Shown: positions 30,190-39,085, counted from the first letter of the stretch. The stretch is 47,670 nt of DNA from an uncultured Sulfurospirillum sp. (GCA_964642805.1 CAZXOZ010000001.1:1-47670), one strand, 5' to 3'. The notes: a model not told the origin generated them from the letters alone. Numbers and translations are program-made.

Positions 30190-30190
30190 T
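30182..30190 (+). promoter_or_regulatory. Extended -10 sigma70 promoter of rnpB
   Basis: TGgTATAAT overlapping the truD stop, about 9 nt before helix P1. Confidence 0.7.
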
Positions 30191-30198
30191 TCTAACTT

Positions 30199-30580
30199 AA
30201 GGTGTACTAGGTGATTGCCTGCCCATATTTTTTTATTTACACTTTTTAACCAAAAAAACTAAAATAAAAAAGTATGGGCAGGAGGAAAGTCTGGGCTGCA
30301 ATAAGGCAAGGTTCCGCCTAATGGACGGCTGGGGTAACCCAAGGGAAAGTGCAACAGAGAGTAGACTACCTGCCCATACTTTAGCATGGGCAGGAAAAGG
30401 TGAAACGGTAGGGTAAGAGCCTACCAGAGTTTTGAGTAATCAAAACTGCTTTGTAAACCCAACCTGCAGCAAGAATGGATTGGTAAGCCTTATATTTTTA
30501 CCATTCGCTAGAGTGTTATCTCAAGATAACAAGTAGATAAATAGTCACCCTCGACATGACCCAGCTTATCGGTGCACCTT
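30199..30580 (+). ncRNA. rnpB: RNase P RNA (bacterial type A)
   Basis: P1 AAGGTGTAC/GTGCACCTT, GAGGAAAGTCTGGGC, GGAAAGTGCAACAGA, GGTGAAACGG, GGTAAGAGC, CCCAGCTTAT. Confidence 0.96.
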
Positions 30581-30622
30581 TATGTTTTAGTAGAAATTAC
30601 ATTTTAAAAAAGAAGGATAGAG

Positions 30623-30946
30623 ATGAAAAACACAGGAGTTATAGTATTTGTAGTTTTAACACTAATTGCAACTCAGGTAATGGCTTCAAGCTTTAAAGGT
30701 TCTATAGAAATGAAATTTGCAGAGCAACCAAATACAGCCAAAGCGATTGGGCAGATAAAAATAAGTATCGAAGAGGCGATTAAAATTGCAAAACAAAGAG
30801 TAGATGGTGTTGTTTTTGAAGCTGAACTAGAAAAAGAGAATGACTATCTTGTGTGGGATATTGATATTTTAGATAAAAACAAGGTAAAGCGAGAGGTCAT
30901 TGTTGATCCTATAACGGGTGAAATTCTTTTAGTAATAATGAGATAA
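30623..30946 (+). CDS. Secreted PepSY-domain protein
   Basis: Signal peptide; ISIEEAIKIA..G.V.EAELE..VDPITGEIL. Confidence 0.85.
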   Translation: MKNTGVIVFVVLTLIATQVMASSFKGSIEMKFAEQPNTAKAIGQIKISIEEAIKIAKQRVDGVVFEAELEKENDYLVWDIDILDKNKVKREVIVDPITGEILLVIMR

Positions 30947-30955
30947 AAAAACTAG

Positions 30956-30989
30956 CCTTACGCAACTTTTCTAAAAAGAGTGTGTAAGG
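30956..30989. terminator. Probable terminator hairpin between convergent genes
   Basis: CCTTACGCA...TGTGTAAGG imperfect inverted repeat. Confidence 0.5.
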
Positions 30990-31001
30990 ACAATAAGCAA
31001 T

Positions 31002-31727
31002 TTACCGCCAGACAATCAAGTTAAAATGGCTTACGGTTATCTCTGTTACGATGTTACCTTTATCACAAAACTCTCTTAACACACTTGCTATCTTTTTTCT
31101 GTCTGGTGCTAGTCCTCTTGCCTCCAAATGCCACTCAAAGTTTTCAACTGCTTTTTCAAACTCTTTTTTTCTTACTTTTTCTTCATCAAACTTTACGATA
31201 TGATAGAATTTGTTTTTATTATTTAGCCACTCTTTTACTTTTTTTGCACCATTTGGTGAGCTGTACACCGAACCATGTGCCTCAAAAAGTCTTTGCATTA
31301 TGAGTGTATCTCGTTTTCCTGCCCAACCAAGATAGATTTTTGTTTTTGCACACCTATCCATCTTTTCTAAATCCTCAGAGCTACTTATAGCTGGCGACAT
31401 AGTGCAAAGTGCGATGTCATACTCTAAAGTGGTTTCAAAATCTATCCAACTACTAACTTTTGTGTTTATATTGGAGAGGTTAAGATTTTTTGCATCCTTT
31501 ATAAGAAATTCAAGCATCTCTTTAGATGAGTCAATAGCATCAACTTGAAAAGCCTTTTTAGCGATATGCAAAGTATATACACCAGTACCACACCCTATAT
31601 CCAAAAGTGTTCTATTGTCAAACTCTACATGTAACGAGGATAGAGCATCGAATATCCCATTTTCAAATCTATCTTTTTTCTCACTATATCTAGTGTAATC
31701 TTTTGCTTTTTTATCCCATTTTGTCAT
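31002..31727 (-). CDS. Class I SAM-dependent methyltransferase
   Basis: LLDIGCGTG, DAIDSS.EML. Confidence 0.9.
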   Translation of the reverse strand: MTKWDKKAKDYTRYSEKKDRFENGIFDALSSLHVEFDNRTLLDIGCGTGVYTLHIAKKAFQVDAIDSSKEMLEFLIKDAKNLNLSNINTKVSSWIDFETTLEYDIALCTMSPAISSSEDLEKMDRCAKTKIYLGWAGKRDTLIMQRLFEAHGSVYSSPNGAKKVKEWLNNKNKFYHIVKFDEEKVRKKEFEKAVENFEWHLEARGLAPDRKKIASVLREFCDKGNIVTEITVSHFNLIVWR

Positions 31728-32611
31728 CTTTTATCCCTTCCTAAAAAGAGTGATAGATATATACCAAAGCCTATAAAAATTGCTCCTATGAGGTGATAGA
31801 GACTGAGCCTTTCATCTAAAAATATATAGGCGAGTACGACACCAAACAGAGGCATGAGATGAGTAAACTGCCCTGCTCTGTTTGCACCAATCTTTTTAAT
31901 GCCTTTATGCCAAAAATAGTATGAAAGAAGTGATGAAAATAGAGCGATATAGACAAATGCCCACCAATACTCCCTAACCATAACTATATCATCAGTAATC
32001 GAATAGCCCATAAACAAGTATATAGAAGTCAACCAAAAAAGCCCGATATATACAGTAGTTGTAAAAAACTCAAAATCACTTAGCTCTTTAGGTTTAAATT
32101 TTATCAAAACCGAATATAAAGCCCATACAAAAACGGCAGCTAGTACCCAAATATCTCCATAGTTAAACTCTAGCCAATAAAAAGTATCTAACTCTCCTCG
32201 AAAGATTAAAAAGACTACACCAATAGTTGAAAAAAGAATACCAAAAAGTTGTATAGGCTTTATATTCACTTTAAGAATGAGAGTAGATAGTATTAAGATA
32301 ACAATCGGCATAAATGAGTTTATGAGCATAGCATTTGTTGCTTTAGTATAGTTAAGACCCACATAAAGAAGAGTATTAAACCCTGTAATGCCAAGTATAG
32401 CAAGGATATTCAAAACTACAAAATGACTTTTTATTGCTTTTAGAATTTTCGAAAAACTAACAATAAATAGAGGCAAAACCATTATGGCAACACTAAGCCA
32501 GCGAAAAAGTGCTAACTGAACTGGCTCAATATCCTCATATACATATCTTCCTATGATGAAGTTACCTGACCAAAATAGTACGCAAAGTGTAAGTAGTAGT
32601 GAAGTTTTTAT
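31724..32611 (-). CDS. DMT/EamA-family transporter (probable ATA/ATT start)
   Basis: Frame of ORF 31724..32482 extends 43 codons (IKTSLLLTLCVLFWSGNFIIGR...LALFRW) to an in-frame TAA at 32623..32621. Confidence 0.88.
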   Translation of the reverse strand: MKTSLLLTLCVLFWSGNFIIGRYVYEDIEPVQLALFRWLSVAIMVLPLFIVSFSKILKAIKSHFVVLNILAILGITGFNTLLYVGLNYTKATNAMLINSFMPIVILILSTLILKVNIKPIQLFGILFSTIGVVFLIFRGELDTFYWLEFNYGDIWVLAAVFVWALYSVLIKFKPKELSDFEFFTTTVYIGLFWLTSIYLFMGYSITDDIVMVREYWWAFVYIALFSSLLSYYFWHKGIKKIGANRAGQFTHLMPLFGVVLAYIFLDERLSLYHLIGAIFIGFGIYLSLFLGRDKR

Positions 32612-32640
32612 AATAAAACCTTAGACCTAAAAAAGCTAGA

Positions 32641-32714
32641 TGGATGGGGATATAGGATTCGAACCTATGATATCGGCACCAAAAGCCGAGGCCTTACCAC
32701 TTGGCGAATCCCCA
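32641..32714 (-). tRNA. tRNA-Gln(UUG)
   Basis: TGGGGAT..., anticodon arm TCGGC-TTTTGGT-GCCGA, GGTTCGAATCC, encoded CCA. Confidence 0.96.
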
Positions 32715-32729
32715 TCAATAAGTTAAAAT

Positions 32730-32806
<77 letters not shown>

Positions 32807-32842
32807 ATATTTAGAGACTTGCTTTATAGCAAGCGAGGTGAA

Positions 32843-32871
32843 ATTATAGTCGATTTTTATCTGTTTGTCAA
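32843..32871 (-). promoter_or_regulatory. Consensus sigma70 promoter of the tRNA pair
   Basis: Minus strand TTGACA-N17-TATAAT. Confidence 0.85.
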
Positions 32872-32915
32872 GGCTTTTTTTGTAAAATACTAAAAAACTA
32901 TAAATCAGGAAAATT

Positions 32916-33935
32916 ATGTCAGCGATTAAAAGAGTAAAACAGGCGATAGAGGATATGAAACGGGGCAAAATGATTGTCATGTGTGATGATGAAGATAGAG
33001 AAAATGAGGGAGATTTGGTATACCCTGCTATATTTTCCACTCCACAAAAAGTAAACTTTATGGCTAGTGAGGCAAAAGGTCTTATATGTGTGTCTATCTC
33101 AAAAGAGATAGCAGATAGGCTAAATCTAGCTCCTATGGTAACTCATAATGACTCACAGCATGAAACAGCCTTTACAGTATCTGTTGATGCTAAAAACTGC
33201 ACTACTGGCATCTCTGCTGATGAGAGAGATATGACTATTAAGATATTGGCCGACTATGCTAGTAGTGCTTGTGAGCTTGTGCGACCTGGTCACATATTTC
33301 CTTTGATAGCCAAGAAGGGTGGCTCCTTAGTTCGTACTGGACATACAGAGGGCTCAGTCGATATATGTCGTCTTGCAGGTCTTTGTGAATCTGCTGTTAT
33401 ATGTGAAATCATAAATGAGGATGGCTCCATGGCTAGACGAGATGATTTGGATATTTTTTGCGAGAAGCATGATTTAAATATCGTCTACATATCCGATATA
33501 GTTGAGTATAGAATGCAGCACGAATCACTCGTTAGGGAGATTGCACAATCAACTACAAAGTTTTTAGGGATTGATGCGAAACGCATTGATATGGTTGACC
33601 ATGAAGGAAATCACCATATTGTATATGCATTTGGTGAGATTAAAAAAGAGTCTGCTGTAAAGTTTCACAACATCATGCTAGATATTGAGTTGTTTACTAA
33701 TAACGCAAAGTTCAATGGCATGGTAGATGCAATAGAGTATCTAAAAGGCAATGGTGGTGTTTTAGTGTTTTTAGAGAATGGGCACTCTTTTAGAAGTGAG
33801 GTAAGAGAGTATGGAATAGGTGCTCAAATACTAAAAAAACTAGGGATTAAAAAAATCCACCTCTTAACATCTTCAAAAGGCAAAGAGTTTATTGGACTTA
33901 GTGGATTTGGGCTTGATATAACGCAAGAGGTTTAA
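32916..33935 (+). CDS. ribB: DHBP synthase fused to a degenerate GTP cyclohydrolase II-like domain (RibB/RibBX type)
   Basis: DDEDRENEGD, TAFTVSVD, PGHIFPL, RTGHTEG; the C-terminal domain keeps REYGIGAQIL but has no Zn-binding cysteines. Confidence 0.92.
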   Translation: MSAIKRVKQAIEDMKRGKMIVMCDDEDRENEGDLVYPAIFSTPQKVNFMASEAKGLICVSISKEIADRLNLAPMVTHNDSQHETAFTVSVDAKNCTTGISADERDMTIKILADYASSACELVRPGHIFPLIAKKGGSLVRTGHTEGSVDICRLAGLCESAVICEIINEDGSMARRDDLDIFCEKHDLNIVYISDIVEYRMQHESLVREIAQSTTKFLGIDAKRIDMVDHEGNHHIVYAFGEIKKESAVKFHNIMLDIELFTNNAKFNGMVDAIEYLKGNGGVLVFLENGHSFRSEVREYGIGAQILKKLGIKKIHLLTSSKGKEFIGLSGFGLDITQEV

Positions 33936-34360
33936 AACTCTTTTGGCACGCTACAGTCTAGTGTCTCTGTTTGGGAAGCAACCTCTATTATATCTTTTTG
34001 AGAGAGCTTTCCTAAAAGAGCGATTGAGCCTAGTCTCATGCACCATATTCTAAGGCACTCTAACTCTTTATCCTCTTTTTTTAGTTGTGAAGACACACTC
34101 CAAGAGCGAATACTTTTTATCTCTTTATAGTCTAACAGATCTACCATCTCCCTGTTTGTCGCTTTTGTATCTACATGTAGACAAATCTGCTCCTCGCTTA
34201 AACCTGATTTATAGGCTCTGTAGCCAAGTATAAGTGCTTTTGCTCGATTCGGATATTTTGTTTTTATCTTATCAAAACTACTTCCATAATATTTAAGTGC
34301 TGGGATAATATCTTTTGTTTTATATATCTTCTCTTTTTCTAAATAGTCTGGTTGTATCAT
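33932..34360 (-). CDS. Hypothetical protein
   Basis: 142 aa; ATGA overlap with ogt stop; GAGGAG RBS. Confidence 0.75.
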   Translation of the reverse strand: MIQPDYLEKEKIYKTKDIIPALKYYGSSFDKIKTKYPNRAKALILGYRAYKSGLSEEQICLHVDTKATNREMVDLLDYKEIKSIRSWSVSSQLKKEDKELECLRIWCMRLGSIALLGKLSQKDIIEVASQTETLDCSVPKEF

Positions 34361-34818
34361 CTCTTCTCCTCTAATTTTAGTAACATCTTCTTCCTATGTA
34401 ACCCACCTGAATATCCTACAAGTTTTCCACTACTTCCTATGACTCTATGACAAGGAATTACTATACCTATAGGATTTTTATTGTTAGCTCCTCCAACTGC
34501 TCTTACTGCTTTTGGATTTCCTATTTGAATTGCTATCTCTTTATAGCTTCTCGTCTGCCCATAAGGGATACTTTGCAGAGCCCTCCAAACACTTTTTTGA
34601 AAAGGTGTGCCTTTTTCAAACTCAATAGGTATTGTAAAATCCTCTAATTCTCCAGCAAAATACTCATCAAGTTGCTCTTTACATGTAGAGATAATTTTAG
34701 GATAATTTTGAGGATTTACACAAATACTATCTACAAAACGCATCTCTAGTAAAAACTCTTCATTGCAAATAAATTTTATGGCTCCAATAGGAGAATTATA
34801 GTAGTATGTTGCTTTCAT
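34357..34818 (-). CDS. ogt: O6-methylguanine-DNA methyltransferase
   Basis: GTPFQ..VW, IPYGQTRSY, RAVGGA, active-site PCHRV. Confidence 0.96.
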   Translation of the reverse strand: MKATYYYNSPIGAIKFICNEEFLLEMRFVDSICVNPQNYPKIISTCKEQLDEYFAGELEDFTIPIEFEKGTPFQKSVWRALQSIPYGQTRSYKEIAIQIGNPKAVRAVGGANNKNPIGIVIPCHRVIGSSGKLVGYSGGLHRKKMLLKLEEKR

Positions 34819-34845
34819 ATACTATTATAACACACAGGAGTTTCA

Positions 34846-35217
34846 ATGAAGATTAGAGTCTATTATGATGATACTGATGCTGGTGGCATAGTATATCATG
34901 CAAACTATCTGAAATTTTGCGAAAGGGCTAGAAGTGAGCTTTTTTTTGAAAGAGGCTTATCTCCTGCTATGAGTGGTGGACATTTTGTTGTTAAACGACT
35001 TGAGGCAGACTACAAAAAACCTGCCAAACTTGGTGATATGATAGAAGTAAAGCATAAAATCATAAGTATAAAAAACACCTCCTTAACACTTAAACAGAGC
35101 ATTTGGCTTGAGGATGTTATGATATTTGAGATGGTATCAGTTTTGGTATTTGTTATAGACAGCAGACCTGCAAAAATTAGCGATGAAGTAAAAGAGTTTT
35201 TTAAAAATATCTTCTAA
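34846..35217 (+). CDS. ybgC: YbgC/FadM acyl-CoA thioesterase
   Basis: RVYYDDTDAGGIVYHANYLKFCERARSE. Confidence 0.92.
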   Translation: MKIRVYYDDTDAGGIVYHANYLKFCERARSELFFERGLSPAMSGGHFVVKRLEADYKKPAKLGDMIEVKHKIISIKNTSLTLKQSIWLEDVMIFEMVSVLVFVIDSRPAKISDEVKEFFKNIF

Positions 35218-36404
35218 AAAAGCTCCTTTTCAAACCTGTGTCGCTTAGGCTTTACTATGGATATATCATACTTGACTTGATTTTCTACTATAGTCTCCTT
35301 AAAGCTTCTTGCAGTGTTTGGCATAAAATATTGAGTATAGAAGTGGTCTATGCCGATAGAGGTTGAGTAGTTTACCCAATCATAAACTATATCATGCTCG
35401 AACAGTGAGTTCAACTCTCTTATCTCAACAGTAGTCTCTCCTATAGAGTTTGCTATATAAAACTTCTTTCTATCTTCATACTGCGTTAGAGTTAAAAGCA
35501 TTGGATTGTAGTTTATCTGTGTGGAGAGTAGTATGTGTGGCTCTATATCATATACTCTAAGTTGTGACGCTATAAGGCTTGTTTTTACTAATGGGGTGTT
35601 CATAAAAATTGAGCTATTGTTTAGTTTTTTATTGTTTTTGAGCATACTTTTGAAATTTACTCTTGCACTATCTATGCTTTTGTTGTAGACAATTCGTGGA
35701 CTTCTTTCTACAAGCAATCTACTCAACGACTTACTCAATACACTTTTGTCTGAGAAGTAGGCAATTGAGCTATTTGCATATCTTAAAAGCAGATCTATCT
35801 GCTCCTCATAGTCTATGCCACCAAAAAGTATATTTGGATTGCTATCTTGAAGAGTTTTGCTGTGAACTGTTGGAATATATATAACTAAATCACTGCTATG
35901 CTCCATGATTATCTCTGCACCTACAGTAGTAACAGGAGCAATTACATATTTAAAATTCTCCTCTTTTATGCTCGCTAGTTCTCTTAGGATTGCCCCCTCT
36001 TCTTCACTGCCTGAATTGAAAACTTTTAACTCAAAGTTGTTCTGCTTAGATGTTAAATATGCTAAAACAGAGTTTACAGTTGTTGATGCATATCTTCTAA
36101 TACTTTTTTGTGGAACAAGCATAGCTATCCTAACAGAAAGCTCTTCACTATAAAAAACTCTAAAAAGCCTTTGATAGTAAACAAATTCACTTCTCATAGA
36201 GTGAAGCTCGTCCATATGACCATGATAGCGACTCATAAAAGAGAATATCTGCCCATCTTCTAAAAACTGCTCTAAACATTGATATTCACACATGTAGATA
36301 TCTAAATTTAGAAAAATACTTTTTGGTGGCAAAATATCTGAGGGCTTATAGCTCTTAGCAAAAGTAAAAGTAAAGATAGTAAAAAAACATAAAATAATTT
36401 TCAT
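35214..36404 (-). CDS. Exported hypothetical protein (possible type 1 periplasmic-binding fold)
   Basis: Signal peptide; IAMLVPQ and YVIAPVT strand motifs. Confidence 0.8.
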   Translation of the reverse strand: MKIILCFFTIFTFTFAKSYKPSDILPPKSIFLNLDIYMCEYQCLEQFLEDGQIFSFMSRYHGHMDELHSMRSEFVYYQRLFRVFYSEELSVRIAMLVPQKSIRRYASTTVNSVLAYLTSKQNNFELKVFNSGSEEEGAILRELASIKEENFKYVIAPVTTVGAEIIMEHSSDLVIYIPTVHSKTLQDSNPNILFGGIDYEEQIDLLLRYANSSIAYFSDKSVLSKSLSRLLVERSPRIVYNKSIDSARVNFKSMLKNNKKLNNSSIFMNTPLVKTSLIASQLRVYDIEPHILLSTQINYNPMLLTLTQYEDRKKFYIANSIGETTVEIRELNSLFEHDIVYDWVNYSTSIGIDHFYTQYFMPNTARSFKETIVENQVKYDISIVKPKRHRFEKELF

Positions 36405-36445
36405 AATAAGATAATACCCAAAGAGGTTTTAAAGAAGGCTAAATT

Positions 36446-37270
36446 TCAAATTAAAGTTGTCGGTACCTTATGAAACTCCAAACCTAGTTTTGATCTATCA
36501 CTACAACCCAAAGCCATAAGAACAACTTGTGCAGTTGAAAAAACACTCAATCCCATCTCTCTTCCCATGCAATGCTCTAAACTCTTTTGGTGTTGCTCAA
36601 GCATAACAAAGCTTCTTGCATCATTTGCTACTATAAAGTCAGTCCCACTGTCAAATGCGTCTAGAACTATCTTTCCTGCTAGCGTATGTGCAAGCTCTTT
36701 TGAGGCATCTAGTATCTCATATCCATCACTCTCATTTTGCATTTCAAATCTCACAATATTTGCACCTAAGAGTGTCAATATGCTCCTATTTATCTCTAGA
36801 TTTTGAACTTTATTTCCATTGAAAATCGCTACGCTAAACTCATCAAAAGGTCTTTTTATCATCTTTTTTAGCTTCTCAAAACCAACTATATTTTTCAAAA
36901 TCTCATCAATATGTAGAATTTTAGCATCCAAACTTAGCTCAAAACCATCTTTTTCAAGCCTATATGCTACCTCATTTCTCAAGCTATAGTTTTTAAAAAG
37001 TGCTGTTTTTGTAACACTCAAAGAGATGTACGAGCTATCTTCAGGACAGATTATACTCACACCCTCCGCTTTAGCAAGTGCTAAATTGTATGCACAGTTA
37101 TATAAAAATCTATCTTCATCAAGTGCTTTTCCCTCTGTTGCAATATCTGGCTTTAAGTTTTTAAAAACAGGTGCTTCAATCTCTAGTCTGCCCAATAACT
37201 CTTTTGCTACAACTATAAATGAGCCCATTTTATCTCCTTCTATAACCCTATCAAACAGTCTATACATCAT
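36446..37270 (-). CDS. HdrB/SdhE (CCG-domain)-like protein with degenerate motifs
   Basis: AYNLALA..G..IICP, A.DSGTDFIV, AQVVLMALG layout; true start may be a few codons downstream. Confidence 0.7.
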   Translation of the reverse strand: MMYRLFDRVIEGDKMGSFIVVAKELLGRLEIEAPVFKNLKPDIATEGKALDEDRFLYNCAYNLALAKAEGVSIICPEDSSYISLSVTKTALFKNYSLRNEVAYRLEKDGFELSLDAKILHIDEILKNIVGFEKLKKMIKRPFDEFSVAIFNGNKVQNLEINRSILTLLGANIVRFEMQNESDGYEILDASKELAHTLAGKIVLDAFDSGTDFIVANDARSFVMLEQHQKSLEHCMGREMGLSVFSTAQVVLMALGCSDRSKLGLEFHKVPTTLI

Positions 37271-37943
37271 AAGCCTCTCGTTTTTTTCTCTGTTTTTTTA
37301 TAAAACTATCTACTATGCTCTTCTCGTTTATAATTTTGTTTTTGAGATAGATTACTTTTTTCTCAAGCTCTATTTTCATAGGATAAAGCCTGTTTGAGAT
37401 GTTTACATGTAGCCAAACTCCACTCTCTTTTTTTGCTACAACTTTAAGTATCTCAACTCTTTTTTTAGGATATTTTTGCATCATATCATAAGCAAAAGAA
37501 AAAAGTCCGTCTCCTAAAAAATCCTCTTCTAGATTGATTATCGGCGATGCGTAGTGCTCTCTTATGTAGGATCTAAAAACTTCTCTATCACTTGGGCACA
37601 CAAAGTCACTGAGCAGGTCAAACTTCTCTTCAAAGTCTTGTCTATTTATAGCCAAATCTTTTACTGAGCGCTTAGAGTTCAGTGGCTCTAGCTTCAAATC
37701 ACAGCCAAAGAATTCCCCTATGTCCTCTATCTTATAGCTTGTAAAAAGCAACTTACCATTTATCTTTATAGCTGCATTGTCGCCTACAGGATACTCAAAT
37801 GAGCTATCATCCCTCTTTATAAGAGCCAATAGGTCAGCGACTCTCTTTTTAGCATCTATCTTAAGAGTTATTTTTTTATAGTACGGAAGATAGTCAACTT
37901 TGGCATCAAATCTAAAAACCTCAATAGCAAATTGGCACTGCAT
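37260..37943 (-). CDS. SdhB/FrdB N-terminal-like protein lacking Fe-S motifs
   Basis: VFRFDAKVDYLPYY, AIKING, LKLEPL...VKDL; GGAGG RBS. Confidence 0.7.
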   Translation of the reverse strand: MQCQFAIEVFRFDAKVDYLPYYKKITLKIDAKKRVADLLALIKRDDSSFEYPVGDNAAIKINGKLLFTSYKIEDIGEFFGCDLKLEPLNSKRSVKDLAINRQDFEEKFDLLSDFVCPSDREVFRSYIREHYASPIINLEEDFLGDGLFSFAYDMMQKYPKKRVEILKVVAKKESGVWLHVNISNRLYPMKIELEKKVIYLKNKIINEKSIVDSFIKKQRKKREAYDV

Positions 37944-38034
37944 GATGAGTCCTCCTTTGTATATAAAAGTCTACTATTTATTTACTTAAGAGTACCTCTA
38001 AAAACCCTGACACCCATAGCTTTAAGATGTCAAA

Positions 38035-38202
38035 ATGAATAAAGAAGAGTATATAATTTCAAAGTTTCAAATTAGCAAAATTGGTGATGATGGAGCTATA
38101 GTTGGTGGTTTGATATATTCAAAAGATCTATTTTGTAAAGATATGCACTTTAGGCTCTCTTGGATGAGCTTAACCAAAAGGTTAAGTGATGGTTTTTTAT
38201 AA
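38035..38202 (+). pseudogene. thiL: 5' fragment of thiamine-monophosphate kinase
   Basis: MNKEEYIISKF...IGDDGAIV...SKDLFCKDMHFRLSWMSL, then unrelated sequence and a stop at 55 aa. Confidence 0.8.
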
Positions 38203-38203
38203 A

Positions 38204-38257
38204 TGCCGTGGGTACCATGATGAGTGCTAGTTTAGTGATTTATATTACATAATTCGG
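38204..38257 (+). repeat. Half copy (right arm) of the palindromic element at 47153..47252
   Basis: 48/54 identity to 47197..47250 by manual alignment. Confidence 0.85.
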
Positions 38258-38274
38258 AATTATAGTGTGTAAGG

Positions 38275-39015
38275 TCAGTGATTTAGTCTTGCTATAATCT
38301 CTTTTATATTGGCTATTCTATTATCATCAGTTGGGTGTGTTGACATAAACTCAGCAGGAGCATTTCCTTTTTTTTGTGCTTTCATATTTTTCCAGAAATT
38401 AACAGCTTCATTGAGATCGTATCCAGCTTTTTTCATAAGATATATGCCAATTTCATCAGCCTCGTATTCAAAGTTTCGACTATATGGCAACATAACTCCA
38501 TATTGAGTCCCAATTCCAAAAGCAAGATCAAATGCTTGACTGCCCCTAAGACCAGTGGCTTCTCCTACTACAACTTTTCCTATGCCAGCAAGCTGTGCCA
38601 TACTCATACGCTCAATACCATGACGAGCTAAAGCATGAGCAATCTCGTGACTCATAAGTGTTGCAAGCTGACCTTCATTCTCTATGGCTTTAAAGATGCC
38701 CTCATAAACAAAAACTTTTCCACCAGGAAGACAAAATGCATTTAGTACATCTTTCTCTATAACATGAAACTCCCAATCAAAGTCTGCATCTGTCACTTGT
38801 GCTATTCTATGTCCTACCCTATTGACCATCTCTACCTTTTTTTTATCTCTACTTAACTTCTCTTTTTTTAGTATGTCTTGTGAGGCATTCAATCCCAAAC
38901 TCATCTCTTGCTCGTGTGAAAATAGCACTAATTGGCTTCTATCTGTGTAGGGTGTTTTTTGGCAACCTACAAAAGCAAATAGTGCAATCAGCCCAATATA
39001 AATAATTTTTTTCAT
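38275..39015 (-). CDS. M48-family metallopeptidase lipoprotein
   Basis: Lipobox FVGC; NAFCLPGG, HEIAH, EYEAD..G, STHP. Confidence 0.93.
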   Translation of the reverse strand: MKKIIYIGLIALFAFVGCQKTPYTDRSQLVLFSHEQEMSLGLNASQDILKKEKLSRDKKKVEMVNRVGHRIAQVTDADFDWEFHVIEKDVLNAFCLPGGKVFVYEGIFKAIENEGQLATLMSHEIAHALARHGIERMSMAQLAGIGKVVVGEATGLRGSQAFDLAFGIGTQYGVMLPYSRNFEYEADEIGIYLMKKAGYDLNEAVNFWKNMKAQKKGNAPAEFMSTHPTDDNRIANIKEIIARLNH

Positions 39016-39085
39016 AAGCTCTCCTGTTTAGTCTCTATTTTATCTTAAACAAGATATAATCTACATAAAAACTGAAGGCAAACTT

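Noticed and set aside
33500-33935. Degenerate GTP cyclohydrolase II domain on RibB as a novelty
   Set aside because: RibBX-type fusions are already known, including in this phylum
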